In this document: positions 1-10,488 of the stretch, in pieces
Position numbering within the stretch: position 1 is the first letter of the stretch
Layout: every line of letters starts with the position of its first letter
From: Tubulanus polymorphus
Lineage: Eukaryota > Animalia > Nemertea
Reading direction: 5' to 3'
Length of the DNA stretch: 64,000 nt
Assembly (NCBI RefSeq): GCF_964204645.1
Contig: NC_134035.1
Location: 13,424,451-13,488,450, forward strand
Notes under the pieces: model-generated
Told to the model about the DNA's origin: nothing
Database searches by the model: none
The model's input: only the letters and a program-made list of their open reading frames with translations
Translations under genes and position numbers: made by a program

Positions 1-271
1 TCAATCGAGGATCTCTTATCTCAAAAATAAACTCTCAGGAATTGTTTAAGAAATGATACAAAAAAATGCGTATACAATACTAGAATGAAACTGTATGTAT
101 TAGATATAGGCAGCAGGGACTGTGAGCTGCTGCTTTACAGTCAGCTACACAACTGACATATTATCAGCAGCTTAAATAATTATCATGTGCCGAATCAATT
201 AATAATAACAGAAAGAACAAAATTAATATTTCTGACTGTCCCCTCAACTACTGTCATCATCTACTTAAGAC

Positions 272-710
272 TTCAGTTCCACAGTTCTGCACCCAGTTCC
301 GTAGTTCTGGATCCAGTATCACAGTTCTGGATCCAGTATCACAGTTCTGGATCCAGTATCACAGTTCTGGATCCAGTATCACAGTTCTGGAGCCAGTTCC
401 ACAGTTCTGGATCCAGTATCACAGTTCTGGATCCAGTATCATAGTTCTGGAGCCAGTTCCACAGTTCTGAACCCATTTCCACAGTTCTGGACCCAGTTCC
501 ACAGTGCTGGACCCAGTTCCACAGTTCTGTACTCAGTTCCACAGTTCTGAACCCAGTTCCACAGTTCTGGACCCAGTTCCACAGATCTGGACCCAGTTCC
601 ACAGTTCTGGACTCAGTTCCACAGTTCTGGACCCAGTTCCACAGTTCAGGACCCAGTTCCACAGTTCTGTACTCAGTTCCACCGTTCAGGACCCAGTCCC
701 ACAGTTCAGA
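272..710. repeat. 20-bp minisatellite (CACAGTTCTGGA[T/C]CCAGT[A/T]TC-like), ~21 copies
   Basis: Visible tandem array. It explains the repetitive ORFs at 187-848. The unit matches the CCAGTTCCACAGTT terminus of the MITE at 28209-28374. Confidence 0.95.
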
Positions 711-717
711 ACTCGTA

Positions 718-868
718 GCCACCAGATGCCACACCTGATTGGTCACCAGTTACCACACCTGATTGGTCACCAGTTACCACACCTGACTGGTGATCAGTTA
801 CCACACCTGACTGGTCATCTCACACCTGACTGGTCACCTCACAGCTGACTGGTCACCCACACTGACCA
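718..868. repeat. ~24-bp tandem repeat (GGTCACCAGTTACCACACCTGATT), degenerating
   Basis: Visible tandem units next to the 20-bp array. Confidence 0.85.
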
Positions 869-893
869 GACAAACTTCCAAACTGTTTCATTC

Positions 894-1052
894 ATCAGAG
901 TTCTGTGGTCTAGTGGTAAGGCTCAGGGTTTGCAATCCGTGGACCCAGGTTCAAATCCCGCTAGGGTTGAAGAGCTAGGGTTAGGGTTAATCGGTGGCTG
1001 ACTTAGGGTTACGGCTCCCTGGGATAGAGACCATAGGGTAAGGGTTAGGGAA
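894..1052 (+). mobile_element. tRNA-derived SINE-like element with TTAGGG-like body
   Basis: A-box TGGTCTAGTGG, B-box GGTTCAAATCC and an imperfect cloverleaf, followed by AGAGCTAGGGTTAGGGTTA. A related copy lies at 54185-54320 (-). Confidence 0.65.
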
Positions 1053-1668
1053 ATTTTGACGAAATTAAATTAAATTGTTTGAATTTTTTTTTTAATGAGT
1101 CAAAACTTGAGTTAGATTCTTCCCTGCACTGGATCAGTGTGTATTGTGTGTGGCAGGGATGGAGGAGGGGAGGATGGGGGAGGATGAGGGGGGACTCTGT
1201 GTGGGGAGTGAGATACAGGTCGCACTGACACTAACTGACTGGCTCTACACACAGAAGGCCTACTATATTATAAACAATAGTAGAAGAATCAGTTGTTGAT
1301 AGTGATTGAGAGGAGACCGACTGGATGGATGGATGAACCAATTCCCAGTCTCTTATACTCAAGTGGTCCAGGGTAGAGGAGAATCTTGATGACCAGGTCC
1401 ACACACACACACACACAGGGTCCGGGATGTCCACTGGGCGCAAGAATACAAGTAAAACTAAAATAGACAGCAGTTGTTGCTGTCTGAGGAAAATAAAGAC
1501 ACTTAAATAGACAGCAGGGGGAAAGAGTTGAGCGGAGAGACTCGATCTGCAGAGACAAAATGAATGATGACCCGTTGTTGGACTCAGCCAGCAGCAGCCA
1601 CCGAGCAGCCGCTAGACTCCCTCCTCCTCAGTCTCAGACGTGTTTTATTGAATACTATTGTCGCTTAC

Positions 1669-1679
1669 CTGTCCGACAT
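1669..1679 (-). CDS. Possible first coding micro-exon (ATG TCG GAC AG|gtaagc) of a gene running off the left window edge
   Basis: Strong donor AG|GTAAGC after an ATG, with CpG-rich promoter-like sequence at ~1810-1890. No downstream exon was identified in the window. Confidence 0.3.
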
Positions 1680-2282
1680 GTTTCAGCCGTCTGTCTGTAG
1701 ATAGAAACCTGTTCTTCACGATCATATATATTCACGCATACAACTGCATTAAATCCTTCCGACGTCAAACAATAACAATAACACCGATCAGGATACGATG
1801 ACAATTTCTATGAACGGCCATTTTGTTCTTACCGAAGGTGTGTGTGTGACGTACGGAAATTGACGGAATTTGCCGAGCGATCAGATCGCTACCTGGGGAC
1901 AAAATTTGGAACTAGGGAAAAGGGTACATAAAAAAGACGGAATGGGACTCTGTACAATACGGAGTCCAACACTGGGTTCGAACCCGGGGCACCCCTGTAC
2001 ATCCTCTATTCAGTATCAGAATTCCAAATAGAACAGGTTCGAACCTGTAACACCCCTGTAAATCCTCTATTTGACGGCATTATAACAAGGATCACTCAAA
2101 ATCAGATTCTCACAAGTCCGGGTTTGAACCTAGGAGAACCCCCTGTTTTTATCGTCATTCAGCATCAACTCAACACAAAATTATAACAAATAAACTGAAC
2201 ATTTATGAAGTTTTTTATTAAATACGCATGGATTGATTGTAAACAGCAATAATAGCACTTTATATGATTGAGACCAATGACT

Positions 2283-3147
2283 ACAGTTTAAACACTGATT
2301 AATTACAAGCCTAAGGAATAGATCTAAACCCATACAGTTTAAACACTGATTAATTATTAACCTTCGGAATAGATCTAAACCCTAACAGTTTAAACACTGA
2401 TTAATTATAAGCCTAAGGAATAGATCTAAACTCATACAGTTTAAACACTGATTAATTATGAGCCTAAGGAATAGATCTAAACCCTTACAGTTTAAACACT
2501 GATTAATTATAAGCCTAAGGAATAGATCTAAACCCTTACAGTTTAAACACTGATTAATTATAAGCCTAAGGAATAGATCTAAACCCTTACAGTTTAAACA
2601 CTGATTAATTATAAGCCTAAGGAATAGATCTAAACCCTTACAGTTTAAACACTGATTAATTATAAGCCTAAGGAATAGATCTAAACCCTAACAGTTTAAA
2701 CACTGATTAATTATAAGCCTAAGGAATAGATCTAAACTCATACAGTTTAAACACTGATTAATTATGAGCCTAAGGAATAGATCTAAACCCTTACAGTTTA
2801 AACACTGATTAATTATAAGTCTAAGGATTAGATCTAAACCCAAACAGTTTAAACACTGATTAATTATAAGTCTAAGGATTAGATCTAAACCCAAACAGTT
2901 TAAACACTGATTAATTATAAGCCTAAGGATTAGATCTAAACCCAAACAGTTTAAACACTGATTAATTATGAGCCTAAGGAATAGATCTAAACCCAAACAG
3001 TTTAAACACTGATTAATTATAAGTCTAAGGAATAGATCTAAACCCTAACAGTTTAAACACTGATTAATTATAAGCCTAAGGATTAGATCTAAACCCAAAC
3101 AGTTTAAACACTGATTAATTATAAGCCTAAGTATTAGATCTAAACCC
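2283..3147. repeat. 51-bp minisatellite, ~17 copies
   Basis: Unit ACAGTTTAAACACTGATTAATTATAAGCCTAAGGAATAGATCTAAACCCTT. ORF 2688-2996 shows the matching 17-aa period. Confidence 0.97.
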
Positions 3148-3262
3148 TGCTCCTTTTAACATTGGATAAAATAACATAATAAGAGACGGATTGGAATATG
3201 TTTGAAATCACCACCAATTTCGAATGAAGCGACACAAACGAGAAACAAGGAATTGAATCAGT

Positions 3263-6200
3263 TCAGCCTAAAACTTCGTACAGATAAACATTGTGTAATT
3301 GATTGTCTTCGATCGCGTCGATTTCATCGGGAAATAATTCACGCGAGATGATTTCACGTTTCGAATCGAGGTCAATTTGACAAAGCCAGTTCTGAGGGAA
3401 CTGTAACTGAAATGATACAAAATAAAGAGATCATGATGAAAACCATTGATGAAACAACGAATCTCACGATAACAAATAAAATAGATATTCATTGATTCAT
3501 TACCTGTAATTGTTTCATTGATTCTTCAATACTTGGTAAAGTAATAATTAATGCTCCCGATTTACGAACTGTTTGTGACAAAAACATCCACATTCTAAAA
3601 ACAGATATAAACTTTTTAATTGACTTTTACAGGATCCAGTGTTTATACAGGTATCAATATGGTATTTGGGCCATGTTACTCCTTCAGATATCACAATTCT
3701 TCCAATTTCTGTTCATCCATACTTGTAACATATGTTCAGAAGTTCACAAGAGACATTTTTAATTGAAAATGAACTACTAACACCAGAGACATTTTATCAG
3801 CACACTTTCAAAAACTGATCATCCACACTTCACATGTGTTCAGTGCTTCACCTGAGATATTTTCAATTGAAAATGAACTACAAACACCAGACATTAGACA
3901 TTTTATCAGCACACTTTCAAAAACTGATCATCCACACTTCACATGTGTTTAGTGCTTCACCTCAGACATTTTAATTGAAAATGAACTACACCAGATATTA
4001 GACATTTTATCAGCACACTCTCAAGACTTCGCACAACTGTAGTGACGAATGTCTAATGGGGGATGATTGAGAACTGCAGAATGATACTACAGTTATCAGG
4101 TAGTGGGCAGATCTGGGATTATTGAAGTCAAACTTACTTCTTTTGTTCTTCATCAGGCATGAAATATTCGAAGACATTGTTCATAATGACCACATCACCT
4201 ACAAACATAGAACGCGCCATCAACGAACGATAACTTTTAGACATATGAAATATATCGACGATGAAGATGACAGATCATCGCTTACCGGTAGACAATAAAC
4301 TAGACTGCAAGCTAACATCTGAATTAAGTACCTGAAAATAGAGAATTAAAACCAAATATACAATCCTTTAAATTTCCAACATACAGTTAAAATTGCTGAA
4401 GTTGAGACAACTAATCATCGAAATAATGACTCAAACTTATCAAATTGAATTAGAAATACAAATTGGGAGACAATACTAGAGATGACTTAGCAATATGAAT
4501 CAGGGGCCGGTTCCATAGTCATGGCTTTGACTTAAGACTAGTCTAAGACTATTTTAGTTATATAGCTAATCTAACAGCTTAAGACCAGTCTTAAGATGTA
4601 AGAGCACTTTTGGACATAAGTCTCGACTACGGAACCAGCCCCTGCAGCGGTCATGTGTGTTCTAGTCGGGTTACTTATAAGTTGACCGTATCGTGGCTTA
4701 ACCGAACTCATCTTAATACTGCTTACCTCAATACAGCTTATCTCAATACAGCTTACCTCAATTCTATCACTCAGTTTATATTTCTCAATAATTTGTTGTT
4801 GAATTCGACACCAATCAGCGCTGATTTCAACACCAACGATTCTCTCTGCCGAACTGTAAAAATAAGCCTGAAATCAAAACCAATGCACAATCACTAGTGT
4901 TTGAAACATGATGGCTTTTTTACTGCAGCCATAAACTAAAGTCTAAACGTACACAAAATTGAACTGATATCGCACAGGGGCCAGTTCCATAGTCAGGGCT
5001 TAGACTTAAGACCAGTCTTAATATTCAAGACCACTTTTGGACTTAAGTCTCGACGATGGAACTGGCTCCTGTTGTTACTTAAGTCTAACAGTAGTTTTAA
5101 ATCTTAATATAAGTCTTAAGTTGTAAGATTGGCTAGAGAATCAAGATAGTCTTAAACTGGTCGTAAATCTAAGCCATGATTCTGTGCACCTGGAGGCTTA
5201 TGGTATCGCATATGCATATTACTTCACAATGGAGCCAGGGTCTTATGTACAATTCCTAAATTTCTAATTACATGCTTCTCAAAATTAAAGCAGTTTTGAA
5301 GGAGTTTCTGGCATTTTGCTCTCATGAAATGAGTTTCAAGCACCTTAAAATGCATTTCAATTTAGAAGGAGTTTTAAATTAATTGAAGCGTTGTAAGGAC
5401 CAGGATCCATATATCTGTGTAGTCTAGCATGTAACCGGTAGTAGTAGTAAGTGTAACCGTAAAACATCTAGATCTATTGCATCAACCGCAGAGAGTGAAG
5501 GTCACTTACCCCGTAAAGTAAAGCGCCGAGTCGAGAACCGATATCAATCACTGTTTTTCCGCGAAGATCCGACAAAATATACTCAAAAATAAACTTCACT
5601 TGAATCAAAGACGCAGAATGTGAAATAAACGCTGAAATAGAAGTGAAAATGAAAATCTGAAACGGTTGTTTTTTCGAACGAAGTCTTAAAAACGATACTC
5701 ATAGTTTATAACTACAGTGGAACCTCGTTATAATGAACTCAGACACAACGATTCATTGGATATAACAAATATCAAAGTAACACAATTTCACTATCGATTA
5801 TAACAGATTTTCTGGTCACTTTCTACTGTACTGTACTCTCTATTAAAGAGAAATTACATTTATATTTACATCGAGCGGATCGTACAAAATCTAGACTGAG
5901 GGGGTTCAGGGTCGTATGATCCAATTTCCCAGTTAGAGGGGTGGCAGGATGAGGGTCCTGGTAGTGAGGGTGCTTGGTCTTGGCCGAGGGATGCGAGGGT
6001 TACACTCACTGAGAGGTGACACCTGATGACTTCCACATAGCTGACAATAATTACGAGAGATTTTTCCGAGTTCGCAAAGTTCATCCAGTTTCTCATCATC
6101 GTAAATAAATGAATCGACGTGAATCGTAGTAGAGCGTGACGAATCGGAATTCTGAAAAACAAGCATCCACAAATGAATCAATTAATTGAATCAATGTATC

Positions 6201-7810
6201 TGTGCCTGGTGTAGATTAACAGCAGAAAACAGATAAGTTTAAAACCCCCTATATACAGAACTTAACAGATTAAAAAACGGAATTTCATTTATCAAGAGTT
6301 GAAATCATATACACAATATTTCAAACTCTCACTTGAGATCATTGTCATGATCGGATATTTTCACCAACCACATATTTAAGCCCATATACGATTATAAGCT
6401 TAACACCAACAACGATTAGATAACTAACTAGTAAAATCTTTAAGATTACTAGCTCGCTAGGGATAAATCAACTCTTTTGACCCCCTCAGTGGCCTTCTGC
6501 ATCTGATCATGTCCCTTTGGATACTCCCTCTCCCTTTCTCCCCCTCTGCTCTCCTCTCTCTCGACCTACCTGACTTTGAGACGAGGATGGAGGCAACCCC
6601 TCTCTCTCTCGACCTACCTGACTTTGAGACGAGGATGGAGGCAACCCCTCTCTCTCTCGACCTACCTGACTTTGAGATGAGGATGGAGGCAACCCCTCTC
6701 TCTCTCGACCTACCTGACTTTGAGATGAGGATGGAGGCAACCCCTCTCTCTTTCAACCTACCTGACTTTGAGACGAGGATGGAAACCGTATATGTTCATC
6801 CTGAACCGTACAATCAATAGGTAAAATGTCTCTCAGATCGTCCTGAATGTTTCTGATCATAACGTCTGAATTTCTATATCTCACACGATTTCTTCCCTCC
6901 AGTAATTCTACAAACAAATACAAACCAATATTGTTGTGAAACATCAGGGGCGGATCTAAAGGGGGATGTCAGGGTGTCCGGACCCCCCTCAACTTTGAAG
7001 TGCCCTCAAAAATGTCACTCCAAAATTTTTTTGACCAAGGTTTTCCACCTATAACAATTTTTTCAACGCATGAAATGACCGAAAGCGCCCCCTGAAATTG
7101 TGTGGAAGTATCCAGAGTATGTGGTGCTTCGTAAAATGTGTCCTTTTTTCTCATTGGACACCCCTCCCTCCCATGGAAAAGCCCCTAAACATCGATCAAC
7201 ACACAGGGGCTCGTAATTTAAAATTGGGGGTAAAAAGTAGCAAAACTAGATTCGCCCCCAAACTTCAAAAGTACAAGCACCTATGCATCAACAGATTGTC
7301 GACAGACGACCGTCTGTGTGCGGGGGGCAGAGGATTCAGGGGGTCTACGCAGACCGCCGCCCCCCTCCCTCCCCCACATCTTATTGAGAAGATAACATTT
7401 TCACAACATGGGGCCAGTTGCTCAAAAGTTGGTTAAAGATAACCGGTCATTAAATACCATAGTCACAATGAAATTTCAATTGTCACCGTATAAACTATCC
7501 ACTGGTTAACTCTAACCAACTTTTGAGCAACCGGCCCATGAAAGCAACACATACAGTGGCAAATTATCATCAGTCATTTTGTTCTAGAAGCTAAGACGCT
7601 CAGAAAAAGGGATCTATCTTTTCAAGTTTTGCTCAAGGAATATACATGCTCACATTCACGTACCAATTACGCGTAGGTCTCGTATTTTCGAGGTCCCCTC
7701 GAGATCTCGTTACCTGTTGCCGTTTTCTGAGTCCAGCGAAGGAAATTGTCGATCATATTATCGGGAAGAGTCTTGAAGATCGCTGTGAACTGTTCGCATT
7801 GTTGTAGCAT
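3263..7810 (-). CDS. Class I SAM-dependent methyltransferase, 2700097O09Rik/zgc:109986-like, 9 coding exons, 319 aa
   Basis: Exons 7810-7714, 6907-6762, 6151-6010, 5631-5510, 4867-4757, 4331-4286, 4198-4138, 3594-3504, 3406-3263, all GT-AG with consistent phases (960 nt). Motifs HVDSFIYDDEKLDELC..ISRNYCQLCGS, VIDIGSRLGALLY (motif I), VGVEIS and DVVIMNNVFEYF. Confidence 0.9.
3749..4025. repeat. ~105-110 bp tandem units (~2.5 copies); second locus at ~35232-35400
   Basis: GATCATCCACACTTCACATGTGTTCAGTGCTTCACCTGAGA...CAGCACACTTTCAAAAACT recurs here and downstream of the LITAF stop. Confidence 0.8.
4504..4641. mobile_element. PIF/Harbinger-like MITE family A (~140 bp)
   Basis: TIR GGGCCGGTTCCATAGTC...GACTA(C/T)GGAACC(A/G)GCCC with CWG flanks. 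Other copies at ~4977-5070, 16380-16521, 26985-27107, 27111-27248, 50735-50879, 51993-52131, 52435-52572; degenerate at ~38270-38400 and 62565-62790. Confidence 0.85.
5712..5830. mobile_element. Tc1/mariner (Tigger-like) MITE remnant
   Basis: TA-CAGTGGAACCTCG...TTCTACTG-TA termini. Confidence 0.5.
6546..6790 (-). repeat. 48-bp tandem repeat (5 copies) made of the exon-2 end plus splice donor
   Basis: Minus-strand unit CCATCCTCGTCTCAAAGTCAG|GTAGGTCGAGAGAGAGAGGGGTTGCCT. Confidence 0.92.
7411..7537. mobile_element. Harbinger-like MITE family B; second copy 23700-23834
   Basis: TIR GGGCCAGTTGCTCAAAAGTTGGTTA / TAACCAACTTTTGAGCAACCGGCCC. 3-bp TSD ATG here and CTG in the second copy. Confidence 0.85.
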
Positions 7811-7924
7811 CGTTAAACATCAGACTTCAAACTACATTCATTCAACGACGACCTGAGGAGATTGACAATAAATCACACTGTGACACTGTCTGCACTGTGA
7901 CAGTCAACTGGTGGAAAGCTGAAC

Positions 7925-8202
7925 TAAAATATCGTTTTTTAATCCACTTTAAACTGTATAGAAGGATATACAAAAAGTCTGCATTGAAAGGGGTTCCTGA
8001 GAGAAAAGAGACTCCATGATTTGAAAGTTTAACAATATGTCTCCATGCCTACCAACTGAAGTTTGGTACGTAGGCATGGAAACATATCGTTAAACTTTCA
8101 AATCATGGAGTCACTTCTCTTCATTTAACCCCTTTCAGTGAAGTCTTTTTGGATATCCTTCAATACAGTTTCAAATGGATTAAAAAATGATGATTGATTT
8201 AG
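7925..8202. repeat. Long imperfect inverted repeat (fold-back), arms ~125 bp
   Basis: ATCGTTTTTTAATCC...CCATGCCTAC / GTAGGCATGG...GGATTAAAAAATGAT with a ~17-nt spacer. Confidence 0.88.
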
Positions 8203-8433
8203 GTCGACTGCCTGTCCTTTCTGGTCCTATTAAGACCTTTATCAGGTATGTACTACCAAAAATGAGCAAGCTAGGTCACCTGGAATGCTCTCAAGTCAGG
8301 TTGAAATAGACATTAGCCGTTGTTCCTCAAACAACTGTAGGGAATCGTAACAACGACTGAGGTTAAGGACAAGGTATAATATTCAGTTCATCACATTCAC
8401 ACTCACAGACTATTTCTGGGGTCTTTTTTCATA

Positions 8434-8751
8434 ATCGGCGCTATTGCACTTTCGTACCCCCTCCCAAAAATTTTAATTTCTGTATGTTATTAATCGGGGA
8501 GGTCTGTAGAGTCAAAATAAATTACTTTTGACAAAAAAAATAATTTTTTCCAAGCCAACATTGTGATAATTTGCGGCCGATCTCCTCGATTCAAATCGAC
8601 GGGTCGGCCATGTTTCCGCACTAATTACCACCTAAAAACATCTGGATCTCAATAAATTAAATTGAATTGACAAAATTTCGTTTTTGGGTATATAATATTT
8701 ATTCATCAGAACATCTTTGGGAGGGGGGTACGAAAGTGCAATAGCGCCGAT
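8434..8751. mobile_element. MITE with ~35-bp TIRs
   Basis: ATCGGCGCTATTGCACTTTCGTACCCCCTCCCAAA and its reverse complement at 8716-8751. Confidence 0.85.
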
Positions 8752-9816
8752 ACGGCGATACATTATATATAACTCCAGAAACTGTGCTCAAGATGGCAGG
8801 TACCTTCTCAAAAACTGAATGGGACAGGCAACCAGTCTAAATTTGAATCGAGTGATACCGAATCCAGTGCTCACTTCACGACGGTACAATAGACAGGTTA
8901 CTGACTCCATTTGAAAAGATGTCCTTTCTATGTCGGCGATACAATATTTGTCATCACACCATTCACAATTAGACCTAAATTCCTTCACTTCAATCAACTA
9001 ACCAATAATATACAGGCCTTGGTCCTTGGTTAGCACTAATAGACGGCACGAAGTCGGTATTCCGGTTGTGGCATGCGAGTAGTAAAGATTGATTTTCTAA
9101 TCGAGCAAATTCGATTACCACGGCGAATATATCAAATATTTAATACTACCATTGAAAATTTTACTTTAGGGGTAAACCTGCTTTCTAAAAAGAGTCGTTT
9201 GCGACAGAACTGTTTTATGCAACGATTGTAGTTAGCGTGGGTTATTAACCGGCGACGCAGTGATCCCTCGCGTGCCAAAGGAAGAATTTGAAGTGAGATT
9301 CGGAATTCTAAATTCTACAAAGAACGATAAAAGGAAGAAGTCCCACAATTCGAATTGTTCGAACTGATTCATTAGAACGACTTCTACGATTAATTAACAC
9401 GGACTAGTGTTTCGATTCGACTTAACTGACATCATTATCCTACCTAGTGGGTGTATACACTGTATGAATCAGTGTCACTTCTTAGAACCCGGGGACCGCT
9501 GGAAGGCAGTTCAGGATCCTCGAGCCAGGTACAGCAGTGGGCTTGAGACCAGGGAACCTCTACGGCTCCATCTTCCAGGAAGGAAAGACAGTCCAGTGTT
9601 TGGTTCGCCACACAAAGTCATTTTTCGTTAATCGATTTCAATACACTTATCCTTCAGGGGCATGTTTAATGATTCCATCATCCATTCAGACGACTGAGGG
9701 ATATAACTATGTCCGAGGGTCGGTTCACTGTACTGTCATGTACCATTAAGCACAATATGTGAAATGGCCGAGTGTAGGAGGAAGCATTAATAGCGAGGCA
9801 GGAGTCAAAACACTGG

Positions 9817-9853
9817 CTCTTTCTGGGAGTTTTAGGTGGTCCTGACAAGGACC
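9817..9853 (-). promoter_or_regulatory. Histone 3' stem-loop plus histone downstream element
   Basis: Minus strand GGTCCT-TGTC-AGGACC-ACC (9853-9838), then purine-rich CAGAAAGAG (9825-9817). Confidence 0.9.
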
Positions 9854-9885
9854 GATTCAAGAGTTCAAAAGACCGTCGAATTCAT

Positions 9886-10488
9886 TTACTTCTTTGCTGC
9901 AGTTTTCTTAGCGGCGGTTTTCTTCGCTGGAGTCTTTTTCTTGGCCGGTTTGGCTGCTGCCTTCTTGGTCGGAGTTTTGGTTTTCTTGGCAGGCTTGGCC
10001 GCGGCTTTCTTTTTCGGCGAAGCTTTCGTCGCTTTCTTGGCGGTTGTTTTCTTAGCGGCAGGCTTCTTCGCTTTCGTCGGTTTAGCTGCTTTAGGTTTGG
10101 TGACCTTCTTGGCGGCTGGTTTCTTTACGACTTTCTTCGGTTTGGCGGCATCTTTCTCTTCTTTCTTCGCTCCCTGACTCAATCTGAAACGTCCAGAAGC
10201 GCCTTGACCTTTGTTCATGTAACGAACGTAAGTTCCCTTCTCGAGTCCGGATTTCAGTTCTTTACGGATGAAGGCGCCTTGACGTTCGATGTCGACCTTG
10301 TAGTGTCCGGCGATGTGCTTCTTGATGGCGACCAGAGACGATCCGGTTTTGTCTCCCAAGGCGGTGATAGCGGCTTTCACCATAACGTTGAACGAAGGAT
10401 GAGCGGCCGGAGCTTTCGGTTTCGCGGTCTTCTTGGCGACGGCCTTTTTAGCGGGCGAGGCTGGAGCGGCGGCTACGGCGTCAGACAT
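9886..10488 (-). CDS. H1: Histone H1 (linker histone), intronless, 200 aa
   Basis: Globular domain HPSFNVMVKAAITALGDKTGSSLVAIKKHI...KGQGASGRFRL, a K/A/P-rich tail with SPKK/TPKK-like motifs, and the downstream stem-loop. Confidence 0.98.
   Translation of the reverse strand: MSDAVAAAPASPAKKAVAKKTAKPKAPAAHPSFNVMVKAAITALGDKTGSSLVAIKKHIAGHYKVDIERQGAFIRKELKSGLEKGTYVRYMNKGQGASGRFRLSQGAKKEEKDAAKPKKVVKKPAAKKVTKPKAAKPTKAKKPAAKKTTAKKATKASPKKKAAAKPAKKTKTPTKKAAAKPAKKKTPAKKTAAKKTAAKK

Noticed and set aside
187-848. Repetitive ORFs here and at 2688-2996, 6457-6820, 18347-18723, 37715-37965, 42708-43099, 44446-44796
   Set aside because: They are translations of minisatellites, open in several frames and on both strands.
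896-970. Functional tRNA-Cys
   Set aside because: Acceptor, anticodon and T stems are mismatched and there is no oligo-T terminator; treated as a SINE head.
961-1052. True telomere or chromosome end
   Set aside because: Only a few scattered TTAGGG units inside a dispersed element.
2283-3147. CRISPR-like appearance of regular arrays (also 24985-25915)
   Set aside because: Units are head-to-tail with no unique spacers, there are no cas genes, and the context is eukaryotic.
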